Shown in pieces: positions 21,142-33,671 of a stretch of DNA of 64,000 bases; position 1 is the first letter of the stretch; each line of letters begins with the position of its first letter. The position numbers were made by a program, and so were the translations under genes. Below the pieces are notes generated by a model. That model was not told where the DNA came from. It ran no database searches and was given only the letters and a program-made list of their open reading frames with translations. Source of the DNA: Epithemia pelagica (Eukaryota > Protista > Bacillariophyta); NCBI GenBank assembly GCA_946965045.2, contig OX337230.1:2604001-2668000 (forward strand), given 5' to 3'.

Positions 21142-24100
21142 ATCACTGAACGGGGACACGGACGCCTTGATCTTTACCGACGGCAAAGGATTCGACCACG
21201 TTTATCCCTGGAAGTCGAAAAAGCAACATCCTGAAGGATTGATGTCTTTGATTCACAATGTAGGGATTCCCCAAACAATGGTATCTGATGGTGCCCGAGA
21301 ATTGTTCCTAGGGAAGTCCCGTGAAATATGCAACGAGTACCGCATAAAGATGGAGAAAACGGTTCCTTATAGTCCATGGCAGAACGCCGCCGAAGCGAGC
21401 ATTCGTGAACTAAAAAAGGGAGTTGTCAAAATTATGAGGACGACCGGCGCACCACGACGTTTATGGAGCTATGCTCTTAAATGGTGCTCACACGTACGGC
21501 AACTCACGGTATCCGATATCCATGAATTAGATGGACGTACACCGTTCGAGCATGTAATTGGCTCAACGCCAGACATCTCTCCATTAGCCATGTTCCAATT
21601 CTATCAGCCGGTGTATTATCGCATGCCCATGGCACAGTTTCCCTTCGAAAAAAGACTGATTGGCCGATGGTTGGGCTTAGCCGATGATTGCACCGATGAT
21701 ATGGCCTATGAAATCCTAACGCAAGAGGGCAATCATGTCACACGGAAAGATGTGTGGGCCATTCCGGAAGACGACCTGAAGAATCCGACGATTCATCAGC
21801 AGTTGTTGGACTATGATGCCGCTTTTCAAACGCAAATGAAAGAGCCGCCATCTGATGGCACAACTGGGAGCGATCCACCCCAAGACCTCATTGACGAAGG
21901 TGAACTTCTAGAGCCCTTGTTCCCAGAGGCCAAAGCCCTGGAATCCGACACGTACACGCCGGAGGAACTAGACGAATATCTCACCGCTGAAGTCATGCTG
22001 CCGCGAGGAGGTGAGAGCGCTCGAGCGAAAATCATTGGACGCACGAAAGATGCTCATGGGCGACCTATTGGTGAGCGCAACGCAAACCCAATCCTTGATA
22101 CCCGGTACTACGACGTACAGTTTCCGGATGGATCGGTCGAGTCGTATGCAACCAATATGATCGCAGAGAATCTGTATTCGCAAGTTGACCCGGAGGGCAA
22201 TGCGTTCAACACATTGAAAGCCATTGTGGGTCACCGCAGAGATGAGACCGCAGTTAAGCGAACAGACGCATCGTTCCTTGACGGCACATCACACCACACA
22301 ACGAAAGGTTGGGAATTGCAATGTGAACTGTTCGATCGATCGACTGTTTGGCTGCCGCTCAAAGACGTCAAGAATGGAAATATGATTGAAGCCGCCGAAT
22401 ACGCAGTATCCGCTGACATCGCAAAAGAGCCTGCTTTCGCATGGTGGGTGCCACGTGCACTTCGCAAACGAGACCGCATTATCAAAAAGGTAAAGTCACG
22501 TTATTGGAAGCGAACGCACAAGTATGGCATAGAGCTGCCCCACTCTGTGGAAGAAGCCCTGGCGATTGACCGCCGAACGGGGACTGACTTCTGGCGCAAG
22601 GCTATTGAGAAAGAAATGAAGAACGTTGGCATTGCTTTCGAATTTCCAGCTGATGGCGAAGTGCCTTCTGGATACAAGCATATTCCCTGTCATATGGTTT
22701 TTGACATCAAATCAGACCTGCGACGAAAGGCACGGTTGTGGCCGGAGGCCACAAAACTGATCCACCCAAAGAATCAACCTATTCTAGTGTGGTATCACGC
22801 GATAGCGTACGCATTGCTTTTACTATCGCTGCACTAAATGGTCTAGATGTTCTCGTCGGGGACGTGCAAAACGCATATCTCAACGCACCGACTAAAGAGA
22901 AGACCTATACCACCGCGGGACTCGAATTTGGACCAGATAAGGTTGGACAACCTGCACTGATAGTGCGCGCATTATATGGTCTCAAAAGTTCTGCCGCAAG
23001 GTGGCGTGATCACATCGCCGCAACGCTCCGCGATATGGGATCCGGATGTATGGCTTCGAGCGAACACTCAACCATCTGATGGGTTCCAGTATAACGAGTA
23101 TGTTTTGGTCTATATTGATGATCTGCTGATTGTTAGTCATGATCCCAAAACCGCGATGCAGGACCTGCAGAGGCGCTATACAATCAAGCCCGACAGTATC
23201 AAACCGCCAGACAAATACTTGGGATCCGAAATACGGCGTTATACCATACCCGACACGCAAGATCCGTCGAACCGTGATCGTTGGGCCATGTTCGCTGACA
23301 AGTATTGTAAGCGTGCTCTTGCCGAAGTCGAAAGGGAACTGGAGAAATCCGGAGAAAAGCTGAAGTCAAAAGTGACGACGCCGATCGCCGATGGATATCG
23401 CCCGGAATTGGATGCGACTCCTGAACTTAACGCAAGACGTGCGAACTATTACCAAGGACTGATCGGTATTCTCCGTTGGATTGTTGAACTCGGTCGTATC
23501 GACATTACAACCGCAGTCTCCCATATGTCCCGTTTTATGGCGAATCCACGAGAAGGACATCTCGAGCAAACGTTGCACATCTTCGCGTATCTGAAGAAGT
23601 ACGATAAATCCGCCATTGTGTTCGACGACACAACCCCTGACTTCGACGAGTCACGTTTTACCCGACCGGATTGGTCTGAGTATTATCCTGATGCTGCCGA
23701 ACCGATTCCGCCAAACGCACCAGCACCGCGTGGAAACGCTGTCACCACGACTTGCTTTGTCGATGCTGATCATGCTGGATGTCGTGTCACACGGCGCTCT
23801 CAAACAGGAGTCCTACTGTTCTTGCAACGAGCACCGATCATGTGGTATTCAAAACGACAAAACACTGTTGAGACGTCTACATTTGGCAATGAGTTCGTGG
23901 CGATGAAAACTGCCATTGAAATGATTAAAGCATTTCGTTGTAAGTTGCGAATGATGGGTTTCCCGTTGGATGGAGAGACGAATGTGTTTTGCGACAATGA
24001 ATCTGTGTTTAAGAACTCGACGCAGCCAGAATCAGTCCTAAAGAAGAAGCACAACGCAATTTCTTATCATCGGACTCGTGAAGCGCAAGCTGCTGGACTT

Positions 24101-24205
24101 GTGCGCATTGCATGGGAAGAAGGTGAAACGAATCTTGCCGATATCCTAACCAAACTGCTACCCGGACCTCGATTGCGATTCCTGGCCCAACGTATCATGT
24201 GGTAG
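21142..24205 (+). pseudogene. pol: INT-RT-RH of copy B with a 1-bp deletion (~22738) and a 20-bp deletion (~23040)
   Basis: ORFs 21032-22837, 22738-23079 and 22976-24205 are collinear with copy A pol. Confidence 0.93.
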
Positions 24206-24317
24206 CACCCCTTTTAGATCCAAAATGGGATCGCCCCTTTTGAAGAATAGTCCGACGTACTGGACCGGCCTCTGCTGACATGATGAACTAAACGAAGTTG
24301 CCCACCCCGATTTTGTT

Positions 24318-24326
24318 CGCGGGGAC
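24318..24326 (+). promoter_or_regulatory. Short polypurine tract candidate CGCGGGGAC before the 3' LTR (same in A and C)
   Basis: Position immediately 5' of the 3' LTR in all three copies. Confidence 0.6.
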
Positions 24327-24566
24327 TGAATAAATAATCACGGGCGCCCCCTTTGTAACCTACGAAGGGCCTCGCCATGCCTCGCTCCGCATCGCCTGGC
24401 ATCGCCCGGCCCCTAGTTGCGTGTTCGCTAGTGGGTACCGTGGTCGCTGTTTGGCCGCTACGTGAGCGATTTGCCCACAAAGGGCACCCCTAGTTTATTT
24501 ACCATAATTTCTGATAGTTTGATTGTTGCAAGCCGTATATTGCGTCATGCCGTCAGTTTTTATTCA
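24327..24566 (+). repeat. 3' LTR of copy B (240 bp)
   Basis: About 9 substitutions versus the 5' LTR by manual count. Confidence 0.95.
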
Positions 24567-25924
24567 AAGACATCAATCCTTCAGGATGTTGCTTTTTCGA
24601 CCTCCAGGGATAAACGTGGTCGAATCCTTTGCCGTCGGTAAAGATCGAGGCGCCCGTGTCCCCGTTCAGTGATACCAGCCATGGTGAAAGGGATGGTGAG
24701 ATCGGCATCCGGTACGTGGATACAATGCGTGCTGTGCGGGTCAAACTGTTTATGTACGTCGTTGACAACGATGCCATGGGCACGCATCTGGTTCGGACAG
24801 AGTAACGAACTGTCCATACGGTCCACTAAAAACAATGCTTGGTGGATGACAAGCAAGTAAGACTGGTTTTCGCTGTCAGTCCAGACAGTAGCAACAGTCG
24901 CAATAGGGACATTAGTCAGCGGATTATATTCCTCCGCGAACGGATGCACACTGATATAGCGGTGGGCTTCGGAGAGCATTGCAAAGTCTCTTCCCACGGC
25001 ACAGGTGTCCGCATGTGAGTCCAACTCACAGGTGAGCTCAATGGTTTCAACACCATATTCGTCGGTGTTCATAGCACATAGAGGATGTGCGAAACGGTTA
25101 GAATAACGATAATGGGTGCCTACATGTGCATTCGATTGAACAATAAGATTCGTTTTATCATTTTTTACTGCTTCGGCAGCGGATACACAGGGCACACTCC
25201 ATCAGGAGGAAGGAGACAGGTCGGCAGACTTGTCAGAGACATTCGGGTCACGGACATCGAATTCAAGATCGGCGGAATAACGACCGCATACATTACGCCT
25301 TTTATTTGCGGCAGCCAATTGTCCATTGGCAAGCAAAGTGTATTTTAAAGCTTCGTCGAACACTTCCGTGTGCTCGGCTAAGCGTTTGCACACATGGTAC
25401 ATTTGGCGCTCTTCACGTTCATGGCCTGACATTTTAGACCAGCGCCAACACCAAATTGGACTATTGTGGACAATAGTGTCGATCTCTTCGCGGAAGCCTC
25501 CTTTCAGCACGCTTTGGTCATGCTTGGTAAGTGTGCAGACGTTGCGAGTCTCTTCAGCATACTTGCCTTTGACCGGTAGCGGCAGCTTCACAAAGATGTC
25601 GCCCTCCTCCGGGACTGGCGGGATGGTCATATGACTCATATCAGGACGTCCGTCCTCTTCCCATTGCCACATCGGTGGATAGGTCTCGTATTCCCCCATG
25701 GGGCGATTACATACGGATTTGACGGACGCAGATCTGGGCTCGTTCGGTTGCGCTTTAGCCTTATGCGCGAAACGTCCAAAGCTGTTGCCAGCTGAGGACT
25801 TTGTCGGCTGCGCATCATCTTCGGATGATTTTGCAGGTGAGGCGGAAGCGCGGAACTTAGAGTGCTTGTCTGGCGACGGTACGTTGTCAACAGAGGAGTC
25901 AAGCAAGCTCTCGTCTACTTCCAT
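24567..25924 (-). pseudogene. pol: Gag-pol linker and protease of copy A up to the insertion of B
   Basis: ORFs 25202-25924 and 24581-25195 (DSHADT); internal stop at 25202. Confidence 0.9.
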
Positions 25925-25993
25925 AACGACCGATACGTTGGTCTTAGCCTCCGGCTTAGCGTCGTCTTCTTAAATGTCTACTGAGATTGCGTC

Positions 25994-27271
25994 CTAAGCA
26001 TTACTCCCATGCGACGTTTTCGATCTCTTCGACGATGCGTTGGAAGAGTCGTCTGTGGTGATGGATCCAAGCTTCCGCTTGTCTTTGCGCTCTTTGCGAA
26101 GAGCCAGGACTTGTTTGCGTTCGTCTTCCGTCAGGTCTGCCCATTCGTCGGCATCGTAGTGACCAGCATGAACGCGGTCCTTCTTCTTCTTGCTCTTTTT
26201 CTGGTTGCGCCCTTTTGCCTTTCCTTTGCTTGGGGTGGTACCAGCAGCGGCGATCTTGCGAGAGTCGTCCTGCGTTTCGGTCTTTGCAGCACTGTGCACA
26301 GTCAAAAAGTATTGCTGGCACGCTTCAAAGTTCTCCAACTTCTCCTGGTCACCGTTGACGACGGTCTTGGCTTGGACGAGCGTCGGATCGGTGATCCCAT
26401 TCATGAAATCGGTCACCTTTTTTGTGTCCGCGACCGTTTCGCCAAGCTCTTCCAGGGTGTTGTGCGCATGTTGGTGACGGTGGATGTAGTCATGGAAGCG
26501 GTACTTCCTTCGCCCTGTAAACTTAGCATTTGCGATCTGCGCATAAGCCTGTTTCTTGCGCAGGATGCTTGCGGCCTGTCCAGTGGCTTGCCGCTTGACA
26601 GTTAGGTAGGCCTCACGGCCGTCCTTCGATTTTGCATGCGTTTTAGCAAATGTCCATGCCGGGCCATCGTAGATAAGAGGGTAGTACAGCTCATACACTC
26701 TACGTCGGTCGGCTTTGTACTGATGACGAGTGGTCGCGACTAGGTCGTCGTCAATGCAGTTGTAATCGGCGGTTAGTGCGTCGTCCGGTACGTCGGACTC
26801 CTCACGCAATACGTAGGTGAGCGGCACTCCCGTTGTCGGATTGCGGTGCTGACCCAAGTACGTGCGCCACATTCCGTCGTGACGTTCCCAATCGGCAAGG
26901 TGCGTTAGCCTTTTGGGTGGTACTGGGTCATCCTGACCATCAGTGGTGGTGGCATTCGCGAGTTCCGTTACGCGTTTCATCCACTTAGTGATTACGTCAC
27001 CAGTATAACCACCAGCATCAAGGTCCTGGCCACGGACAGAACGATATTCCAACCACATTTGGAAGCCAAGGAACTTCAGGTTGATTTGGTAGGGTAGAGT
27101 CACACCGTCGGGTAGGTTCTTGGCTAATGTCTTCAGCATGGGCTTGACTTCGTTGATGGGAATCTCCAAGAACTGATCCGTTGTTGTGAAGCCCTGTTGC
27201 GTTAGGTGCCCAATGGTGGCATTGTCGTAGCCACAGCGGCCCAGTGCAGTACGGAAGGTATTTGCGGCCAT
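25994..27271 (-). CDS. gag: Gag of copy A (425 aa, open)
   Basis: GVPLTYVLRE, YPLIYDGPAWTF and basic C-terminus with YDADEWADLTEDERK; ends at TAG. Confidence 0.9.
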   Translation of the reverse strand: MAANTFRTALGRCGYDNATIGHLTQQGFTTTDQFLEIPINEVKPMLKTLAKNLPDGVTLPYQINLKFLGFQMWLEYRSVRGQDLDAGGYTGDVITKWMKRVTELANATTTDGQDDPVPPKRLTHLADWERHDGMWRTYLGQHRNPTTGVPLTYVLREESDVPDDALTADYNCIDDDLVATTRHQYKADRRRVYELYYPLIYDGPAWTFAKTHAKSKDGREAYLTVKRQATGQAASILRKKQAYAQIANAKFTGRRKYRFHDYIHRHQHAHNTLEELGETVADTKKVTDFMNGITDPTLVQAKTVVNGDQEKLENFEACQQYFLTVHSAAKTETQDDSRKIAAAGTTPSKGKAKGRNQKKSKKKKDRVHAGHYDADEWADLTEDERKQVLALRKERKDKRKLGSITTDDSSNASSKRSKTSHGSNA

Positions 27272-27767
27272 GGTTCAAGGGTCGGATAAAGGGTAGGAGG
27301 GTAGTAGAAGGTCAAACGGATGGCAAGGGAAGGCTTGTTCTTGTGCAGAAATTTGCAATTGTGATGGGAGGGGCGAATTTCTGTGAGCCAACAATCTGCG
27401 AGTGAATCGGCGAGTAGTCGTCCGGCGATTCCGCGAGCGAGCGAGCTGGCGATCGGCGAATACGCGAGTCGGCGAACCGGCGATTCCGCAAGCAAGCAGG
27501 CACGTGTCAAAAGCCAGCAGGCTTATATAATTGAGTCGTACGGCGCGCGTGGATGGACGGTCAACGTGTACGAGCACGTGCACGGTACGTTGTGCAGTCG
27601 CAAGTCACAAATAAGCGATTGGGTCCCACAGTGACAGAAACAAGTCACAGAGATGACACAAGCGAGCGAGTGACGAAGCCGCTTAGCGCGAACACCTCTC
27701 GAGCGTTGATCAGGCGCTTGCCGTCCGGCGAATAGTGGGGAAACAACAGACAGTGGGTCTGATAAAC

Positions 27768-28007
27768 TGAATAAAAACTGACGGCCAGACGCAATATACG
27801 GCTTGCAACAATCAAACTATCAGAAATTATGGTAACTAAACTAGGGGTGCCCTTTGGGGGCAAATCGCTCACGTAGGGGCCAAACAGCGACCACGGTACC
27901 CACTAGCGAACACGTAACTAGAGGCCGGGCGATGCCAGGCGATGCGTAGCGAGGCATGGCGAGGCCCTTTGTAGGTTACAAAGGGGGCGCCCGTGATTAT
28001 TTATTCA
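27768..28007 (-). repeat. 5' LTR of copy A (240 bp)
   Basis: 8 substitutions plus 1 indel versus 14457-14695 by manual count. Confidence 0.95.
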
Positions 28008-28430
28008 TTTTTCCTCTTCCTATGAGTCCTTTGATGGTTAGCATCCTTGGATATAGGTGGCGACCCGTGTTTCCCGTCAAAGTTCCTCGATGCGTTTAAT
28101 TCCATTGATTTATAGTATGATATCAAACCATGAATATTGGACTTCAGATTCTTTTCCGTCGGAGTCTGCCGTGCTAGCTTGAAATATGGCATAAACCAAG
28201 GTTCAGGGAGTGTCAATAATACCTAGAACACCTATATTGGCTATATTCTCCAATAGGTAGTTCTACGCGGCAGATCAATCGCATATAGCCAAGATTCCTG
28301 TACGAATATAGATTAGGCACGATTGAGTCACGAAGATCTATTCACTCCTAATTTATGTATACTCCACGATCGAACTAGTCCTATGTCTCATAGGCTATGT
28401 TATATTTCTATTCTCCAAGATCCGCTGGAC

Positions 28431-29134
28431 TTAACCGTATCGCGTTAATCGCGGATTGAGGCTTATACCCTTCCTGGAGTCTGAATATACAATGGGCTTC
28501 TGGCCTCCCTTCGACTTGCAGGTTTTGACAAGCTCTGCCTTGATCTGGAGGAGTGCTGTGTCTTGGAATGACAGCTTGAGATACAGGTTACGGCGATTCA
28601 CTCCAAAGGACGATGGCGCCATGACAAATTCTGTCTCGTGTCAGATGTCAGGCCCGTTAATGTCCCCAAATCATTGACCATGGCTTCCGATGCCGTGGCA
28701 GTAATGAAAAGAATGGGAATGGGCATCTTTGATTGTCAAATCATGGTCCTGAACAAGCACTTTCGAAGCTCGCCAAACTCAGTACGTTACTCCATGCCAT
28801 GGCTGGCATATAGATGACATTCATCGATGGCTACCAAGCACAAGCTTCCATGATGGCAACATCGCCCAAATGTTTTTTTGCCATTCGATGCTGCTGGTAA
28901 TTTCTTGTGGCGAAGTGAAAAGAAAAATATGTTTTTTGGCTGCATCAGTTTTTGTAATGGCCTCCAAATGAGAGCAGAGAATGTCATTGAGCTTCCGAGA
29001 GTGGATGACGTCGAGATTGAAGACTTGGATGTAATGCTGTAGCTTAATGAAAGGTTCATCAATTTAGTCGTTTGGTCCATGCTCAATAGGGGTACAATTG
29101 TCAGTGTAATCGCTCTGCATAGAAAGCTTGACAT
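28431..29134 (-). pseudogene. RecQ-like SF2 helicase fragment
   Basis: TIVPLLSMDQ (motif Ia), VAIDECHLYASHG (motif II), PILFITAT (motif III, ~28693-28720) and KPIVYSDSRK (motif IV-like); no Walker A visible. Confidence 0.7.
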
Positions 29135-29199
29135 ATCACGTACAGCCTATTTGCCGCCTCCTGTCGATTGTACAAGGAGGAGTGGACGGAGGACTGGAG

Positions 29200-29358
29200 T
29201 ATTGGCATGTTAGATTCATATTGAACCTCATGCCAAAATATCTTTAATTTCCAGGGTTTGACAAAATCATATCCCTTTCCATCAGTAAATATCCGTGTGA
29301 AGATCAAGTGATGGGCACTTGGAGAACATCTCGTCACAAAACCATCATCCCTTGACAC
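29200..29358 (-). mobile_element. Fragment of a related copia integrase
   Basis: IFTDGKGYDFVKPWKLK resembles IFTDGKGFDHVYPWKSK of copies A-C. Confidence 0.65.
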
Positions 29359-30354
29359 TCAGGAATTTGAGATATGGAGCTTTCTTGAAACAGAAATGGT
29401 TTATATGGTAGATAAAGTCTATCCTGGTACTGTTAAGAGCATGCAACATGTGTCATCAGAAGTGAATATGAAAAGGAAGGCGACCTTGAAATTTCCATAT
29501 GCAACTACTCCATTTGTCACAAGATAAGTTTCCCTGTTTCCATGATAAGTTTCCCTGTTTCCATGATTTGGTGACGATAAATCAATTTGTTGTTGTTTAG
29601 CAGCAGGCAGTGACACTTTAAATGCAACATACAAGACACTGTCTTGCGTGACCTCTCTCTTATTCAGAATTGTCTTAGCCAGTGGGAAGATTTGGGGTTC
29701 CACTGCCCATGGTGCTGTCCTGAGTACAAAGTTTCACCGTGGAAATCTCTTTATTATGCCTCTGGGAAATTCAATTGCAAAAATCAAAATGCAAGCACTC
29801 GCACATCGATGGACATAAGCAAATTGGCAAGTTGGTACATTCAGGAAGCGCTGGATTGTCACTCATTCTTTGACTAGCAAGAAACCTACCCGTTATCCCT
29901 AGGAAAAAGAGGCGACCAAACCCCATTTGAGCAACATTCTCATTTATTTGACAAGTTCCCAGACGACAGGACGAGGGTAAAGGCTACACAATTGTTGATT
30001 GAATGTTTCAAGAAGAAGAATTTGGAAATCAAAGCACAGGAGAAGGTCATGGTGGAGACTGAACATGCAGTCGATGGAATGCAAAGGATCATTGCACGCG
30101 ATAACAACTCAGACAAACAACGACAACAGAAGAAGAAGCAACGCAACCAAGCCAGGGAGGAGCAAAGAGCAGGACCGGTGGATGAGCAGGTATAATTGGA
30201 GGTGGACAAAGAGGAATTGGGAAGCTACTGTATTTAGCGGTAGTGAAGCCTCACCAAATGTACCTCTCTCGGCCAAATGAGGCTTAACCTACAAAAATTT
30301 ATAGTAAGGTTTCAAAAACAGAATGCCTCATTTTTCTATTCGTAGGCCTTATTT

Positions 30355-31656
30355 TTGTTCCCCATGATGACTCCTCCTGCTGATTCTACGACTAGAGGAG
30401 GTTCTGTATCCTCGACCTCTGATGCGGACCATGATGATGAGTGGGAGTTTGAGGAGTTAGAGCGTATTGCAAACCTCTGTGTTGGTTTCAATGATGATGA
30501 TGTTTCATCATCTGAAGCTTCTTTGTCCACAACTGGCCAGAACATTGAGCAACGACAGCAATCAAACGATCAACAACCACCATCTTCCACGAGCAGCGAG
30601 TCATCAGCATCAAACGATGAACGGAATAATGACAGTCCACCATCCAGGGCAGCAACAGAGCAAACAACACCATCGTTCACCAGGGCCATGTCGTCATCAA
30701 AGAAGAAACGAAGACGGTTTGATTCTTCACAGAAGTTGAGTATAGTGAAGACTGCAACGAAGAAGATAGAAGAAGAAGGAATGTCACAACGTGAGGCCGC
30801 TGCCCACTATAACATTGACCCCAAGCAATATAGGACTTCGAAGAAACAGGGTTCCACATTGAAAGAAACCAAATACAAGAAGGCAAAAAGTTCCTGTTCC
30901 GGTTGAAAATCAATTCTTGATCCAATTCTTGAAGATGACCTACTGCGATATGTTTTTGAGTTACGTGAACAAGGGATGGGAGTCACTATTCGTATGGTGG
31001 CACTCATGGCATCAAGTCTCATGCGTGAATTCAGGGAGAAATCAATAACCACAAGATATAACAGTGCTCGTCGCTTCATTTATCGTCATAGTTTCTGATA
31101 TCGGATGGACACATGAATCGCAGCGTGCTCCCGAAGAATCTCAAATGGAGGCATTGGATTGGATAGCCAATATGAGACTCAAAGTGTTACTGAGCATTAG
31201 ACACAAAGATTATATCCTAAATATGGATCAGACCCCTTTGCCATTTGAGTACAGCCAAAGTTCTACTCTTGCTGTGGTAGGGCAACGGTCTGTACACAAA
31301 CGTAAGTCCACTGGAGACACAAGACGTGCTACTTGTACAATTACCATCTGTGCCTCTGGGAATGTGCTGCTTGTGCAATTACCATCAGGGCCTCTGGGAA
31401 TATTCTTCCATCCATTCTGGTGTTCAAGGGAACACCGGATGGAAGAAATGGAAGAATTGCAAAGAAAGAGTTCCCATCCTGGCCTACTGACATGACTTAT
31501 GCATGTCAAAAGAATGCCTGGATGGACGAAAGAGTGATGATGTTGTGGGTACAGAAGGTTCTCAAGCCATACGTTGCTCGTGCACCTGAGAGCATTATCA
31601 TACCTATCTTATTTTTGGATTCTTACCGATGCCACCAGATGGCATCAGTTCAATAA
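30355..31656 (+). pseudogene. pogo/Tigger-like (DDE_1) transposase, frameshifted and 3'-truncated
   Basis: Psq-type HTH (KLSIVK...MSQREAAAHYNI), CENP-B-type HTH (LEDDLLRYVFELREQGMGVT), then NMDQTP, LPSILVFKG, AWMD and LFLDSYRCH. Confidence 0.9.
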
Positions 31657-32408
31657 AATCCCTACTGCAGCAGTAAATGGAAAGAATTCACCTTTCTTCA
31701 GTACTATATCTACTGGAAAGACTGTATTTCTTGTTGAAACTTGTGGGATGTGACAAACAATCATCATAGCTTCAGCTTGTGTCCAGGTTTTGATAGTAGG
31801 TTTTTGAAGTTTTGATAGTAAGTTTTTGAAGGTAGGCTTTGATAGTTGGTCTTTGTCAACACTATCGTGGTCAATTTGAGGAGCTTATTCTTCAGTAAAT
31901 CTGTGGATTGCCCCAGAATCTCTCAAATGCCACTTCCTCCTCGTGTACTGCCTTGTCTCCCACTTATTGATTTCAATGGGGGAGGCAGTCGTTGCAGGTG
32001 TAGTAGGTGGAGTTGATGGAGGTGAACTGATCCTTGTTGATCCTCTATGTTGTACTTTATCCTCTATGTTGAACTTCTGCAATTTCGCACTGATGTCTCC
32101 GTATTTTGCCCTGATGTCCCCGCTGCACAGTTCTATGCTTTTTAATCAAACAACTTGATACTCAGCTGCAAAGATGGATCAACTGCTGGTCTCTTATTCA
32201 TTTTCCTTTGAGAATGCAGCCAGACATAGAGAATTTAAGTTATGGTCTCAGAGAAGGGAGAGAGTACCCATTTCTTCTCATCTGTTGCATTTGGACAAAC
32301 TGTTTTTCTTCTAGCCCATACAGATACTGACTTTAATAAATCGGTCAAAGTAGAGGGGGTCGCCATGCATAGACGTTTGACCCAGCTGCCTAAGGAAAGG
32401 TTAGTGTG

Positions 32409-32465
32409 GGTCATATAGGCCAATACCGGTCATATAGGCCAATACCGGTCATATAGGCCAATACC
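32409..32465. repeat. Perfect 19-bp tandem repeat x3 (ggtcatataggccaatacc)
   Basis: Directly visible. Confidence 0.95.
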
Positions 32466-32699
32466 ACATCCGCTGCCATGGTCCACAACCACTTATGTTC
32501 TGGAAGGAGACAGAGGAGAATCATGCCACATTCCCTAGGCAATCTATAAGCGAGCCCTTGGTCCGGGGTGATGAGGGTGATGGATGTCCATCCACCCTAA
32601 GGAACAGGTCAGTCCAAGGGAAACACTTCCGTATACCTCAACCAACCAAGCCACAAAATCAAGTTGGCCACGCCCACCTGAGCCCAGAGGTGTTGATCT

Positions 32700-32910
32700 A
32701 ACGACGTTGTGGCTTAGACAAATTGTTGTGTTAGGTTTGCCCCAGGCAATAAATCCATCACGGCATTGATGGATTTCTTGGTCTTGAACTAAGGATTTTT
32801 CACTAAAAGTGGCCAACGCTTTCTTTGGTCCCTTCTTTAAACATACATTGCATCGGCATACCGATATGAAATATTTGTGATGATGGTGACGTGACTTTGG
32901 CAAGTCACCT
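32700..32910 (-). mobile_element. Degenerate copia RNase H C-terminus
   Basis: PKSRHHHHKY...ALATFSEKSL resembles PRSKHIxxKYH...ADIFTKPL. Confidence 0.45.
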
Positions 32911-33671
32911 GATTTTAGGAGGCTTGTGTTGTTCATAATAAAATGGCGGGGCCCTCCAATGCTTCATACCAGGTAGTTGTGTCCAGGTTGGGACCATCCT
33001 CAGATTTGGTGAAAGTGTCCTTTTGTTCAGCCGGAAGTGGCTCAGGCTCAACTCCGAAGAGCTCATCAACATCATCACGGTCTAGAAGGGGCGCCATGAA
33101 GCTTTGGGGCCATTCTCATCCATGTGAGGCAATGTATCTTATTCAGTGGGGTCTTTTTTTGTTGCAGGTGGCGGGAAGAGGGGTGGCGACCATGGAAGAA
33201 AGGGTAGAGTTTCAGGGGTTGATTCGTCCCCCAAAGTGATCTCGTCGTCGTTGTCGTCCGGAATCGCTGGTTCAGGATCAGGCTCATGCCGGTCGACTGG
33301 GACTGGAGGGGTTTCCTTGTCGTCCTCGAGATGGTCTGCAAGTGCGAGAGGAGGGCTGGGAGTCAGTGAGTGCCCTGCGCGATGGTTGGAACCAGAGTGC
33401 TGCTATTGAGTTGTTTATGCACTGCACTCAAAGCAGTGCACCCGCCGGGATGGAAATGACTAGTGTTTTGTAAAAAGCCCCGAAGAAAGTCATCGCTGCC
33501 TGAAAATGTGGGTTGAAAAACACTTGGGTTGACGGATTTTGGCCAAAGAAACCATGTAATCATCGTACTCATGGCATCCTTCTTGATCTTAAATTTTCAC
33601 CATTGCATATCACCACTACGTGTCTCTAAAACTTTTCAGGTAAAGGCTCACAAGGTAAAACTTTTTTGTCT

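Larger units (their letters stand above)
17799..24566 (+). mobile_element. Ty1/copia LTR retrotransposon, copy B, nested antisense in copy A
   Basis: LTRs at 17799-18038 and 24327-24566. The host integrase sequence resumes on each side with AAGA duplicated. Confidence 0.95.
14457..28007 (-). mobile_element. Ty1/copia (CoDi-type) LTR retrotransposon, copy A, interrupted by copy B
   Basis: TG...CA LTRs at both ends, TTTTT on both flanks (14452-14456, 28008-28012), order gag-PR-INT-RT-RH on the minus strand. Confidence 0.95.

Noticed and set aside
28220-28262. Hairpin plus CTAG on the minus strand as a Helitron 3' end
   Set aside because: CTAG is followed by G rather than T, the hairpin is imperfect, and no Rep/helicase motifs are linked.
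32409-32465. 19-bp x3 repeat as CRISPR or iterons
   Set aside because: No spacers; it is a simple tandem triplication.
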